Shown in pieces: positions 9,722 through 19,600 of a stretch of 64,000 nt of DNA (its first letter is position 1; every line of letters begins with the position of its first letter). Source of the DNA: Paenibacillaceae bacterium (GTDB taxonomy: Bacteria > Bacillota > Clostridia > Lachnospirales > Lachnospiraceae); assembly GCA_015057715.1 (NCBI GenBank), contig SVDS01000006.1:7140-71139 (forward strand), written 5' to 3'. The notes under the pieces are model-generated. The model did not search any database, was not told the DNA's origin, and saw only the letters and a program-made list of their open reading frames with translations. The position numbers were made by a program, and so were the translations under genes.

Positions 9722-11053
9722 TTACGGTTCCAGCCTTGTTACATCTCTTGGGAACAGTGTGGTCTCTCTCACGTTTGACTCGTCAAGAAGACGCATGGTC
9801 AGACGTTCCAGACCAATTCCCAGTCCGCCGTGAGGAGGCATTCCATACTTAAATATCATTAAATAGGAAGAGATGTCCTCCGGATTCATTCCTCTGGTCT
9901 CCATCTTTTTAATGATAGTATCATAATCATGGATTCTCTGTCCTCCAGTGGTGATCTCAAGACCCTTAAAGAGTAAATCAAAGCTTAAGGTGAATTTAGA
10001 ATCTGCCGGATCATCCATGGCATAGAACGGACGCTTTTTGGAAGGATAATGTGTGACAAATACGAAATCACTGCCATACTCTTCTTTAAAGTAACGGCCG
10101 ATTAAAACTTCCTCCTCCGGTTCTAAATCATAGGGGTTTCTGATCTTTCTGTTATATTTTTCAGATACCAGCTCTTTGGCTTTATCAAAACGGACCTGAG
10201 GAATGTTGGTTACATCAGGAAGGTCGATCTTTAACATAGCTAGTTCCTGTGCATATTCCTCACAAAGAAGCTCGAAGACATACTGTAACATGGCTGTTTC
10301 CATTTCCATGATCTCCTCAAAGCTGTCAATGTATCCCATTTCAAAATCCATGCTGGTATATTCATTTAAATGTCTGGTTGTATTGTGTTTCTCTGCACGG
10401 AAAACGGGAGCAACTTCAAATACCCGGTCATATACGCCAACCATAGTCTGTTTGTAGAACTGCGGGCTCTGACCCAGTTCTGCTTTTTTATTAAAATAAT
10501 CCAGTTTAAATACGTTTGATCCGCCTTCTGCGCCCCGGGCTACAATCTTTGGTGTACGGATTTCAGTAAAATTCTGGGAATGTAGAAAATCCCGGAAGCC
10601 TCTTACAATCCCTTCCTGAATACGGAATTTCGCTCGCTCCATGGGGTTTCGCAAGGTAATGGGACGAAGACCCAGCTTTGTTTCCAAAGAGGTTTTTAAC
10701 TTCCATTTGCTGATGGCGATCGGAAGCACTTCTGCCGGCTGTGACAACACGGTTATTTCCTGAAGCCTGATTTCAAATCCATGAGGTGCCCGCTCCTCGC
10801 CGCTTACCACACCGGTAACACGAATTGCAGACTCTTCTTTTAACTGGTTTAAATCAAAGGCTGTTTTTCCGTCTTCAAACACGCACTGTACCAGACCTTC
10901 GGCTTTTCTCAAAATAATAAAAGCCACATCACCCATGTCACGAATGGTATGGATACTTCCTTCCATTCGGACTGTCTTTCCTGCATAATCACCAGATATA
11001 ATTTCCTGGATTCCCACTGTTTCTTTCTGTTTTACACCACTGATAAATTCCAT
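9722..11053 (-). CDS. aspS: Aspartate--tRNA ligase, short archaeal-type (likely non-discriminating given the gatCAB linkage)
   Basis: 443 aa. N-terminal OB fold and class II motifs (FRAEKHNTTRHLNEYTSMDFEM, GGQRIHDYD, PPHGGLGIGLERL). RBS AAGGAGA. First gene after the T-box leader. Confidence 0.9.
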   Translation of the reverse strand: MEFISGVKQKETVGIQEIISGDYAGKTVRMEGSIHTIRDMGDVAFIILRKAEGLVQCVFEDGKTAFDLNQLKEESAIRVTGVVSGEERAPHGFEIRLQEITVLSQPAEVLPIAISKWKLKTSLETKLGLRPITLRNPMERAKFRIQEGIVRGFRDFLHSQNFTEIRTPKIVARGAEGGSNVFKLDYFNKKAELGQSPQFYKQTMVGVYDRVFEVAPVFRAEKHNTTRHLNEYTSMDFEMGYIDSFEEIMEMETAMLQYVFELLCEEYAQELAMLKIDLPDVTNIPQVRFDKAKELVSEKYNRKIRNPYDLEPEEEVLIGRYFKEEYGSDFVFVTHYPSKKRPFYAMDDPADSKFTLSFDLLFKGLEITTGGQRIHDYDTIIKKMETRGMNPEDISSYLMIFKYGMPPHGGLGIGLERLTMRLLDESNVRETTLFPRDVTRLEP

Positions 11054-11059
11054 GATTGA

Positions 11060-11475
11060 TTTCTCCTTACCTGAATGTAATTGCTTTGATTCCGGAGAAA
11101 TATTTTATGACAATAAAATATCCCGTCCCGGAATACAGTTACATATTCCGGGACGGGATTACTATGCAATAGACTCCCGCGGTACCACCCGCATTGAGAT
11201 AAAGATATCTCCACTCAAACATTTAACGCATGTATACGGACAAACCTACTCATGTCACCGGTACAAATCAGTACCAGCCGCTTCGATCTATCGGCTCCGG
11301 AGTGTTCCCATAGCCAAGTCTCTCGTGAAAGCGCTCTCAGTCGGTGACGCAATCTTCCTGTCCGGATCCATAGGCCAGAGTCTCCTTCTCTGCCTTTTAG
11401 TATTTATTTCATTCTGTAGCTTCATCATGCCCTGTTTTTATTTTTTTTAAACAGTTCAACACTTCACTACAATGA
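11060..11475 (-). promoter_or_regulatory. T-box leader (tRNA-sensing riboswitch) of the aspS-gatCAB operon
   Basis: Minus-strand T-box sequence CAATGCGGGTGGTACCGCGGGAG (11196-11174) sits immediately upstream of a terminator hairpin. K-turn-like GCATGATGAAGC near the 5' end. F-box-like GCGTTA. Candidate promoter TTGCAT-17-TATTAT just after the MFS stop. Candidate specifier GAC-A at 11362-11359 (low confidence). Confidence 0.85.
11112..11158 (-). terminator. T-box-controlled intrinsic terminator
   Basis: 15-bp perfect stem tcccgtcccggaata (11121-11135) / tattccgggacggga (11144-11158), followed on the minus strand by TATTTTATT. Confidence 0.85.
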
Positions 11476-11527
11476 ATTTCACTTATAATATCACAATCTT
11501 TTTCCCGATGCAATGTTTTTTTATAAT

Positions 11528-12955
11528 TTATTTCCCGGCCATGGCTGTGATGTTTTTTCTCTTTAACCTGAAAAATGTTAAAACCGCTCCTATCATACAG
11601 ATGGCAGATGCAGTAATATAAACGATATTCATGCCATATAAAAAGGCATCATTTCTACCCGGGATATAGTCCGTAATCCGGTATCCCAGCCTGCTGCTCA
11701 TCATACCATACAAAAGTGTGGTAGCAAGAGCAATTCCGCATACCATACCCATATTTCTCACAAGAGCATTGATGCTTCCTGCCACTCCAAGCTTATCACG
11801 GGATACGGTGGACATGATAAGGGAATTATTGGGAGACTGAAACAGTCCCATTCCAACAGACATAATTCCAATCATGCTGACCATGGTAATTACGGTTGAA
11901 TTCTCATTTAAAAAGGACATGGAAAACAAACCGATGCTGGTGAAAACAAGTCCGATAAAGGTAAGTATTTCAGAGCCTGTTTTATCGGAAAGATAACCGC
12001 TAACAGGTGCTGCAACCATTAAGATAAGCGGATAAGCCATCATGATAAGACCTGCCTTCTGAGGTGAAAACTCCATAACGTCCTGTAAATAAAAAGGAAG
12101 TATGATATTATTGCAGAACATGGCAACAAAACTGATGAATCCACAGAAGATACTTAAGGAAAACAGACCGTTTTTAAAGATATCCAGCTGGATCATTGGA
12201 TCTTTCCTTTTTCTCTCTACAACAAGAAATACTGAAAAACAGACTGCTGCAAGGAAGAATCCTGTTAAAATAAGGGGATGTCCAAAACCAAGATTCAGTC
12301 CCTCACTCAGTGCACCAAATAAAGAAACAATTGTCACGATAAACAGAAGGGCACCATATAAATCCATCCTGCCACTGGTCTTTGTCTTCGTTTTTGGAAG
12401 CAGACAGAAGGCTCCTATTACTGCAAGGATACCGATGGGAACGTTAATGGTAAAGATATATTCCCAGCTTAATACTCCTACAATCATTCCACCCAGTCCG
12501 GGTCCTACCAGAGAACCCAGTGCAACTGCCGTCCCAAGGAGTCCCAGTGCCTTTCCCCTTTCCTCAACAGGAAAGACTTCCGTTACAATTCCCTGGTTAT
12601 TTGCCATGGTTCCCGCCGCACCGATTGCCTGAATGGCTCTGGCTATGATTAAAAACCAGTAGGAATGGGACAAACCGCACAGGAGTGAGCCAATGGTAAA
12701 AACAATAACGCCAAAGGTAAACATGGTTGTCTTGCCAAACATATCTCCCAGTTTTCCAAAAATAAGAACGGTACCCGATATTACGATGAGATAGCTTGTA
12801 GCAACGAACTGGATGCTGGCTGTGGTAACGCCCAGAGATTCTGCCATACGGGGCAGTGCCACATTAACAATACTGCTGTCTAACGTTGACATGAAAGTCG
12901 ATAATACAACAATGATTAGTACCGACCATTTATTACGTTTCCTTACTTCTTCCAT
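11528..12955 (-). CDS. MFS transporter, DHA2 (EmrB/QacA-like, about 14 TMS) drug:H+ antiporter family
   Basis: 475 aa, highly hydrophobic. MFS motif A-like GKLGDMFGK. Co-directional with, and 15 nt downstream of, a MarR gene. Confidence 0.85.
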   Translation of the reverse strand: MEEVRKRNKWSVLIIVVLSTFMSTLDSSIVNVALPRMAESLGVTTASIQFVATSYLIVISGTVLIFGKLGDMFGKTTMFTFGVIVFTIGSLLCGLSHSYWFLIIARAIQAIGAAGTMANNQGIVTEVFPVEERGKALGLLGTAVALGSLVGPGLGGMIVGVLSWEYIFTINVPIGILAVIGAFCLLPKTKTKTSGRMDLYGALLFIVTIVSLFGALSEGLNLGFGHPLILTGFFLAAVCFSVFLVVERKRKDPMIQLDIFKNGLFSLSIFCGFISFVAMFCNNIILPFYLQDVMEFSPQKAGLIMMAYPLILMVAAPVSGYLSDKTGSEILTFIGLVFTSIGLFSMSFLNENSTVITMVSMIGIMSVGMGLFQSPNNSLIMSTVSRDKLGVAGSINALVRNMGMVCGIALATTLLYGMMSSRLGYRITDYIPGRNDAFLYGMNIVYITASAICMIGAVLTFFRLKRKNITAMAGK

Positions 12956-12969
12956 TTTTAATTCCTTTC

Positions 12970-13404
12970 TTATGTGTTCAATTCAAGCGCTTTATTTAGA
13001 ATTTTAACCAGGGAAGACAACGTGATTTCCTTTTCCTCTTCAGTCAGATTACCAGTAATAAGTTCTATTAATTTACCTATCTCCTCTCTGATCTGGGGAA
13101 GAATGAGCCTTGCTTTATCAGTCAGATATAATTTGTATGCCCTGCTGTCCAATTGATCTTCTATTTTCACTACATAGCCAACCTCTGTCAGCCTGCTGAT
13201 GGTTCTGGCAGACATTGCTTTATCATGTCCAATCAGTTCACTGATCCGGCTCTGACATAATCCTTCATTTTGCTCCATTATAAATAAATAGTAAAACGAT
13301 CCGCTGCTTAAATCATATTGTTTTAGTACTTTGTCTAAATAACTCTGTGTATTTCTGTATATTTTACTGTTTAGCATCATTAAATTCATTGGTTCATTCC
13401 CCAT
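12970..13404 (-). CDS. MarR-family transcriptional regulator
   Basis: wHTH core LCQSRISELIGHDKAMSARTISRLTEVGYVVKIEDQLDSRAYKLYLTDKA. Start set at the ATG at 13404 with AAGGTGG 7 nt upstream. The ORF-track start (13428) is a TTG. Confidence 0.85.
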   Translation of the reverse strand: MGNEPMNLMMLNSKIYRNTQSYLDKVLKQYDLSSGSFYYLFIMEQNEGLCQSRISELIGHDKAMSARTISRLTEVGYVVKIEDQLDSRAYKLYLTDKARLILPQIREEIGKLIELITGNLTEEEKEITLSSLVKILNKALELNT

Positions 13405-13448
13405 TTTATTACCACCTTTTTTATTCAACTTCTTACTCTATCAGGATT

Positions 13449-13466
13449 TAGTTGATTAGTCAACTA
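13449..13466. promoter_or_regulatory. Perfect inverted repeat TAGTTGA-N4-TCAACTA, candidate MarR operator
   Basis: 7-bp arms with a 4-bp spacer, 45 bp upstream of the MarR start in its promoter region. Confidence 0.4.
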
Positions 13467-13470
13467 TTAT

Positions 13471-13505
13471 CAAAAAAAAAAGACTGGTATCCCTGATACG
13501 AGTCT
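13471..13505 (-). terminator. Rho-independent terminator after the 102-aa ORF
   Basis: Minus strand reads AGACTCGTATC-AGG-GATACCAGTCT followed by T10 (plus-strand A-run 13471-13480). Confidence 0.65.
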
Positions 13506-13542
13506 TTTTTCCGGATTCTTTCTATGTATGACAAGAATTATA

Positions 13543-13851
13543 TTAAATCTGGTTTATTAATCCTCTTCGCTCTACTTCTTCTTTGAATAACTGATATTTT
13601 GCTTCATTTAATTTTAAAAATGAGCGGTAAAATACTCCATATGCCAGAAACGCAAGAATCTTATTATTACGATTTCTGTCCGTTATTTTATAAAAATAAA
13701 TCAGCTTCTTGTCTTTCAATTTTCCTTTTGCTATTTTCTTTTTAATATTGTTCTGTTCCACTTTAGCCATGAAATTCATATAAAGCCCGTTGATAAAAAA
13801 CAATACTCCAAGAAAAACAATAAAAATTATAACAGCTATTAAATCATCCAT
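13543..13851 (-). CDS. Small hypothetical membrane-anchored protein
   Basis: 102 aa. N-terminal TM helix LIAVIIFIVFLGVLFFINGLY, then a Lys-rich region. RBS GGGAGGA. AT-rich. No family recognised. Confidence 0.5.
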   Translation of the reverse strand: MDDLIAVIIFIVFLGVLFFINGLYMNFMAKVEQNNIKKKIAKGKLKDKKLIYFYKITDRNRNNKILAFLAYGVFYRSFLKLNEAKYQLFKEEVERRGLINQI

Positions 13852-13954
13852 ACTTTTTTCCTCCCTGGTTTCAAAATCAGAAAGAATATACCATAATTAT
13901 CCACTTTTGTAAAGAGATGATCTGATTTAATCTTGACATAAGTATGCCCATAGG

Positions 13955-14130
13955 ATAGAATGATCAAAGGATGAGGGAGTAGTCAGCATCTGCCCGGGTC
14001 AGGTTAGATGCCTGCAAAGTCAACATACTGACAGTTTTTTCTGTCTGGCTTTGCTAATTTGTTTTCAATACAAAAAGACGAGACTTATCTGTGTGTTCAT
14101 TTCTGTACACACAGATAAGTCTTTTTATTA
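13955..14130 (+). promoter_or_regulatory. yybP-ykoY (Mn2+) riboswitch with terminator expression platform, upstream of mntP
   Basis: Conserved-looking GAGGGAGTAG (about 13974-13983) and GTCAACATACTGAC (about 14020-14033). Followed by the hairpin agacttatctgtgtg / cacacagataagtct (14083-14123) plus a T-run. The genomic context (mntP) is the classic one. Confidence 0.6.
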
Positions 14131-14182
14131 TATTCTCCCTCTGACACATATAATTAGATACCATATACAGGGGGAAAATCAC

Positions 14183-14746
14183 ATGTCATTATTGGAGTTA
14201 TTTATCATTGCATTGGGTCTGTCCATGGATGCATTTGCCGTTTCAATCTGCAAAGGTCTTTGCATGCCTCAGATGAACTGGAAAAATGCGGTTATTGCCG
14301 GTTTATATTTTGGGGGCTTTCAGGCAGGAATGCCGGTCATCGGTTATCTGCTTGGCTCCCAGTTTAAGGAAGCCATTACCTCCTATGACCACTGGATTGC
14401 CTTCATCCTTCTTGGAATTATAGGCATCAATATGATCAAAGAATCCTTTAGTAAAGAAGAGGTGGAATGTGCAGACTGCTCCCTGGATCCCAAAAACATG
14501 TTAATGCTTGCCATAGCCACCAGCATTGACGCATTGGCCGTGGGTGTGACCTTTGCTTTTTTAAAGGTTCAGATCATTCCTGCTGTTTCCTTTATCGGAG
14601 CAACCACCTTTACCCTCTCTATTGCTGGAATAATAGTAGGGAATGTTTTCGGTTCACGCTTTAAATCAAAGGCAGAATTTTCCGGAGGAATCATTCTTAT
14701 CATGATGGGGGCTAAAATTCTGTTCCAGCATCTCTTTGAAATGTAA
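14183..14746 (+). CDS. mntP: Manganese efflux pump MntP
   Basis: [25 protein letters not shown] plus a second SIDALAVG repeat, the duplicated MntP/DUF204 motif. ATG at 14183 after AGGGGGA. The ORF-track extension to 14051 would run through the riboswitch terminator. Confidence 0.85.
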   Translation: MSLLELFIIALGLSMDAFAVSICKGLCMPQMNWKNAVIAGLYFGGFQAGMPVIGYLLGSQFKEAITSYDHWIAFILLGIIGINMIKESFSKEEVECADCSLDPKNMLMLAIATSIDALAVGVTFAFLKVQIIPAVSFIGATTFTLSIAGIIVGNVFGSRFKSKAEFSGGIILIMMGAKILFQHLFEM

Positions 14747-14759
14747 ACAGGGGTGGATG

Positions 14760-15569
14760 TTATATCATAATCTGGCTGCCGCCAGGCACTTTCACAATTC
14801 TTTTATCTACACTGATCCAGACATCCATTGCTGATGGATTATATACAAAGTCTGCGTCAATGGTATATTTCAGTGCCGTCGCTGCATTCATATAGTCCAC
14901 AATCTGAATATTCGTAGCATACCAGGTATCCTCCCGCTGCCCGGTCATACGGCAGAACTCTTCCATAAGCTCCCAGTTGTCATCCCGGGGAAATTCATAG
15001 CTGTGTCCCCAGACATACATCAGATAGAGGTATTGGGTTTTATTAAGCTCGATGAACCGTCTTCCATTTTCCAGCAGGTTATGGTTGTGATGGCAGGTGG
15101 CTTTCCATTTCAAAAAATTTTCAGGCATGGAAAAATCATCGGTACTGCCCACCACTCTGCAGTATTCGATTCCAAGACTGGGCAGCATGTTTACAATTTC
15201 TTCCGTATAGGAACCGTTTGGATACGACATTCCACGGACAGGATAACCGGCTGCCCGTTCTAACCCACGTCTGTCCTCCAATACCTGAAGTGCCGTCAAA
15301 GGCAGCGGACATCTTGCTATAGTTGGATGGAGCACGGTATGGCAGGAAATTTCGTGACCTTTGTATACTTCGTTCCACTCTTCCGGTTTCAGCCTTTCCT
15401 CCTGATCTGCAAGTCCTGAGTTTATATGAAATGTACCCTTGATTCCATATTGATTAAACAGCTGGGTCAGCCTTCTGTCTTCCAGTCTCCCATCATCATA
15501 GCTCATGGTAAGTGCCTTATGCTTTCCTTCCGGATAGCAGATATAGATATTTTTCATATTTTCCATCAT
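14760..15569 (-). CDS. Polysaccharide deacetylase family protein (CE4/NodB-like)
   Basis: 269 aa. TMSYDDG (Asp-Asp motif) and CHTVLHP (His-His motif). Start overlaps the GH105 stop. Confidence 0.75.
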   Translation of the reverse strand: MMENMKNIYICYPEGKHKALTMSYDDGRLEDRRLTQLFNQYGIKGTFHINSGLADQEERLKPEEWNEVYKGHEISCHTVLHPTIARCPLPLTALQVLEDRRGLERAAGYPVRGMSYPNGSYTEEIVNMLPSLGIEYCRVVGSTDDFSMPENFLKWKATCHHNHNLLENGRRFIELNKTQYLYLMYVWGHSYEFPRDDNWELMEEFCRMTGQREDTWYATNIQIVDYMNAATALKYTIDADFVYNPSAMDVWISVDKRIVKVPGGSQIMI

Positions 15570-16621
15570 TATAATGCTCCGTCTCCTGCAATCTTATCGT
15601 AATTCAGTACTGCACAAAAGAATGCCAGTGCCATTCCCTGTCCCCAACCCTGAATCCATTTCTTTGATATATTCCGGTAGCCTTCCCGGTCCTTCATCAC
15701 TGCCGTTCCTCCGGATACATCGGTCACTCTTCCGTCTGCTGCCACATGGGAAAGAATTCCTTCTATGGAGCGTTCCACATATTTGATGTGAAGAGGATTT
15801 CTCTTCAATGCCATGGCTGCAGCAATTCCTGCAGAGGCAGATACTTCCTCATAGGATTCTTCATCATTTAAAATGGTTCTCCAAAGCCCATTCTCCGTCT
15901 GCAGTCCCTTTAACGCAGACAGCTGTTCATTTATACTTCCAACGATTTCTAAATACTGGGGATAAAGATAGCATTGAGGAAGAATCAGTCCCACCTTACT
16001 CATAGTGTAGGCTGCCCAGCAGTTTGCTCTTCCCCAGTAAAAGCCAGACATATGATCCTTGGTGATATTGTTGTAACCATGATACCAAAGTCCGGTTTCT
16101 TCATCCTGAAGATACTGAATATGCCAGTAATATTGATTTAAGGCATCCTTTATCATGGCCTCATCGCCCGTCATAACACCCACTCTGAGGAGAAAGAAGG
16201 CAGCCATAAATAAAGTATCCGCCCAGCATTGTTCCGGAAAATCATTGTCTGCAGATACGGTATGCTGAAGGACGTGATCTCCGAACCGAAGTGCTTCTTC
16301 CGATAAATAACGGGTCTTTAACCGAATTACATCCATATATTTCTCTTCTCCGGTGGCTTCGTAAAGGGTAATAAGGCAGTGCCCCATGGCACAGGTATTT
16401 ACTGTCAGCACCGGAATTCCAAGTTCCATCAGTTCATCCACCCGCTCCTTTAAAAAGTTCAGATAAGATTCATTCTTTGTTACCTCATAGGCTTCTGCCA
16501 GACCGTAATATGCCACTCCGCAGGGCCAGTCCCAGGACATATCCATTCTCTTGGTCCGTTCCAGAATAAGGTTCATGGCATTTGTAATTCTTGTCTCATC
16601 ATAGTGTAATTTCCCCATCAC
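15569..16621 (-). CDS. Unsaturated rhamnogalacturonyl hydrolase (GH105, YteR/YesR-like)
   Basis: 350 aa, (alpha/alpha)6-type sequence with WDWPCGVAYYGL and GFYWGRANCWAAY, typical of GH88/GH105. Sits next to a PL11 lyase. Confidence 0.8.
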   Translation of the reverse strand: MMGKLHYDETRITNAMNLILERTKRMDMSWDWPCGVAYYGLAEAYEVTKNESYLNFLKERVDELMELGIPVLTVNTCAMGHCLITLYEATGEEKYMDVIRLKTRYLSEEALRFGDHVLQHTVSADNDFPEQCWADTLFMAAFFLLRVGVMTGDEAMIKDALNQYYWHIQYLQDEETGLWYHGYNNITKDHMSGFYWGRANCWAAYTMSKVGLILPQCYLYPQYLEIVGSINEQLSALKGLQTENGLWRTILNDEESYEEVSASAGIAAAMALKRNPLHIKYVERSIEGILSHVAADGRVTDVSGGTAVMKDREGYRNISKKWIQGWGQGMALAFFCAVLNYDKIAGDGAL

Positions 16622-19600
16622 TTATACCTCCGTTTTTCCATCTATTATAAATCTTTTTCCTTCATTTGCCAACAATTGCCCAAAGATACCGGCACCCATC
16701 TCCGATAAATGAACCAGATCTTCCGTGTAGCATTTCACTGCCGTCTTTTCTCCTGCTTTCCACAGAAACTCCTCACATAAACCATACAAATCCACAAACA
16801 AGACCTTTCTTGTTTCTGCAAATTTTCTCATCTCATCCCTGTAAGCCGGAAGAAGACGGGCAATCTCTTCCTTTTCCCCCTTCCTGTCCGGATCAAAGGG
16901 GCAGAGGCAGACAGGGGAGATAATAACAGGGTAACCACCTTTTTCAAGTGCCGCTTCCACATAGAGTTCCAGATATTCAGAAAGCTGCGAAAGTGGTACA
17001 TACCGGTCTTCTTTTGAAGCAGCGGCATCATTGTGTCCAAATTGGATAAAAAGATAGTCTCCTGGCTTCATTCGACTTTTTATATCTTCCAGTCTTCCTT
17101 CTTCTAAAAATGTTTTTAAAGATCTTCCTGCCATTGCGCAGTTATCCACTACAAGTCTCCTGCTCTCGTATCTTGTTTCCTGGGGAAATGAATCCGCTGT
17201 ACAGCGCCTGATTTGACAGGAGCTGTCATGATCCAGGCAGGAAAGCAGTTTTTCTCCCATTCCGGTCTGCTTTCTCTCTTCATCCCCATAGCTTTGTGTA
17301 ATGGAGTCACCTGCCAGAAAAATAACAGGTTTTTGCTGCATATAAGGAAGTACACGACGAAAATCCATATCAGTTCCATAATAAAATTTAGGATAGCAAG
17401 GCTGGTTATAGCAGTTGTTCTGCCATGCCACTCCACAGCGATACTGAGTATCGTGCATGAGTGTAAACAGTTTATGTCCGGTTATTTCCGTATTGGTATA
17501 AATCCGTATGGCAGAACTGTCCTTTGTTCTAACAAGAATCTCTTCCCTGAAATCTCCAAAAATGTCTGCCACCAGGCATGGGTTTCCCTTGGTTCCATTG
17601 TTTGTTTCTGTATGCTCAGGACAGAGCATTGTGCCATGAACCCAGTCGTTTATCACGCCAGTGGGATGCTGGCTTAAATAATCCGTTCCGTCTGTAATCT
17701 GGGTGGATAAATCTCCTGCCCACCGGATGGACATATTGGTTCCAAGGGTTTCATTTTTCATCAATTCACCATGACAATCATAGGTTCCCTCTCTGTTTAC
17801 CCAGCACTGTAGTCCTCTTACTCCCTCCAGTACATCTCCAATCATACATCTGCCCAGATCTTCTTCGGCATATTTTCCAAAAATGATCTGCCCGTTTTCT
17901 CCATCTCTCAGTGCATATCCGTATGGGGCATTCTCTGCTCCTTCAAATACAGCAAATATCTCAAATCCAGGGCGATCCGGATCAATATCTGCTACATGCA
18001 TGGCATCTCCATGCCCCAGTTTCGCTTCTCTCCCATCTGGGAGAATGCCTGTCAGGCTGTACAAAAGAGTCCCGTCATGATCAATACAGGCAGCTCCGTA
18101 GATGATTTCCATACAGCCGTCCCCATCTACGTCTGCAACAGAGAGGGAATGATTTCCCTGTCCTGCCAGTTTCCCATAAACGGGATCTGTTCCCCATTTC
18201 TCATGTGGATTGTCACAGAATGGATTTTTCATTGGAACAAACCCGCTGTCTGCCACCCATTCTTTAAGAAAGCGGTTCTCAAAAAATGAATAGGCAGCGA
18301 TTGCCGCCCGGGTATAATACCCACGGCAGGCTATGAAATAAGGCCTCTTTCCATCCAGATAGGCCACTCCTGACAAAAATCGGTCCACCCGGTTGCATGG
18401 TTCGATGCGGGGCATGGCATAATCCCCCCAGCGCAGACCATCATCTACCCGTTCAAATGGAAATACAATGGTATCCAGCTCTTTTCCGTCACCGGCAAAC
18501 ATGGTAAGATATTCCGGTCCATGAAAAATAAAGCCCTCCCATTCTCTCAATCTGTTTTTCGGACTCCTTGCAGGCGCATACACATCAAGGAAGTAATCGA
18601 CTGCCTGTTTTTGCTGGACCCCATTTAAGGGATAACTCCAGCGGGGCGGGATATGAAAGCATTCCTCTAACGTATCCGGCCATTGTCCCGCTTTTACCTC
18701 CGGCTGTTCCTGCCACCCGGCAAACAAACGGCAAAGATGGGTTTCATAATCCTCAGATCCTGACACATAGGAATCACTATGGCTGTACCCTCTGTTACAA
18801 TCCTCCTGTGGCATGGTAATATAGAATTCTTCCACAACCTCTCCGCCTGCTCCATATCTGGTCATGCGGGTTCCCGGAGCGGTCTTTACAGCCATTTCCG
18901 CCTTTCCGTCTCCATTAAAATCGTAGCAGATAAACTGGGTGTAATGGGCACCAGCCCGGATATTCGGTCCCATGTCAAGCCGCCATAATAGAGTTCCGTC
19001 TAGCTGATAGCAATCCAGAATACAGTTTCCCGTATATCCGGAAATGGATACGTCATGGGAATTAGACGGATCCCATTTGACTATATATTCGTATTCTCCA
19101 TCTCCGTTAACATCTGCCACAGACATGTCATTGGCAGAATAAGTGAACGTTTCATTTGATGGTGTCACTCCCCCAGCTGGCTTTTTAACCGGAATATCCA
19201 GATAATCGTGCTCCCATACCCGTACTGGCCCGCATGGTTCTGATTCCACCCCATTGATGACCGGTGCCACACAATAGACTGACGCTTCCGTTCCCTGGCT
19301 ATCCAGATAGTTGGTACTGTCTGTCACAACCCCAAGGCTGACTCCATTTCGGAAAATTCTAAAATTCACGCCAGTAAGACCATCTCCTCCGTCTGATACT
19401 CCAGTCACTTCATTCAGAAAAAGGCGCCAGCTTAAGAAAACTCCATTTTTTACCTTAACTGCAATCAGACCTCTTGAAAGTTTCTCCAGCTGTTCCTCCT
19501 GATGAAAATGAACAGGAGAAACAAAAGACTCTTTTTCCAGCACACAGCCATCTTCTGCTATGTGGCAGATAAGAATATAGTGGGGAATGAAAGTAGCCTT

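Noticed and set aside
11303-11306. AAC-A (Asn codon) as the specifier of the aspS-gatCAB T-box, which would match the published Clostridium acetobutylicum case.
   Set aside because: By hand folding, it sits in the apical part of a helix closed by GTCACCG/CGGTGAC. That helix lies downstream of the K-turn-bounded first stem, so it looks more like Stem II than the Stem I specifier loop. GAC-A at 11362-11359 is better placed. This is not settled without a covariance-model alignment.
11032-11450. ORFs 11052-11450 (+) and 11032-11214 (-) between aspS and the MFS gene.
   Set aside because: The region contains the T-box sequence, terminator hairpin and leader helices of the aspS-gatCAB operon. These are structured RNA, not coding sequence.
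12102-12632. Long antisense ORFs in the track that lie inside bigger genes. Examples: 427-747, 7491-7982, 12102-12632, 17213-17677, 20212-21106, 34524-34973, 42533-43015, 46580-47158, 61911-62285.
   Set aside because: Each is fully embedded opposite a long ORF that has clear family motifs. They lack RBSs and recognisable domains and have low-complexity, biased composition. They are shadow frames, not genes.
14051-14182. N-terminal extension of mntP to 231 aa.
   Set aside because: It would start at a TTG and read through the riboswitch aptamer and its terminator hairpin. The ATG at 14183 has an RBS and gives the canonical MntP N-terminus.
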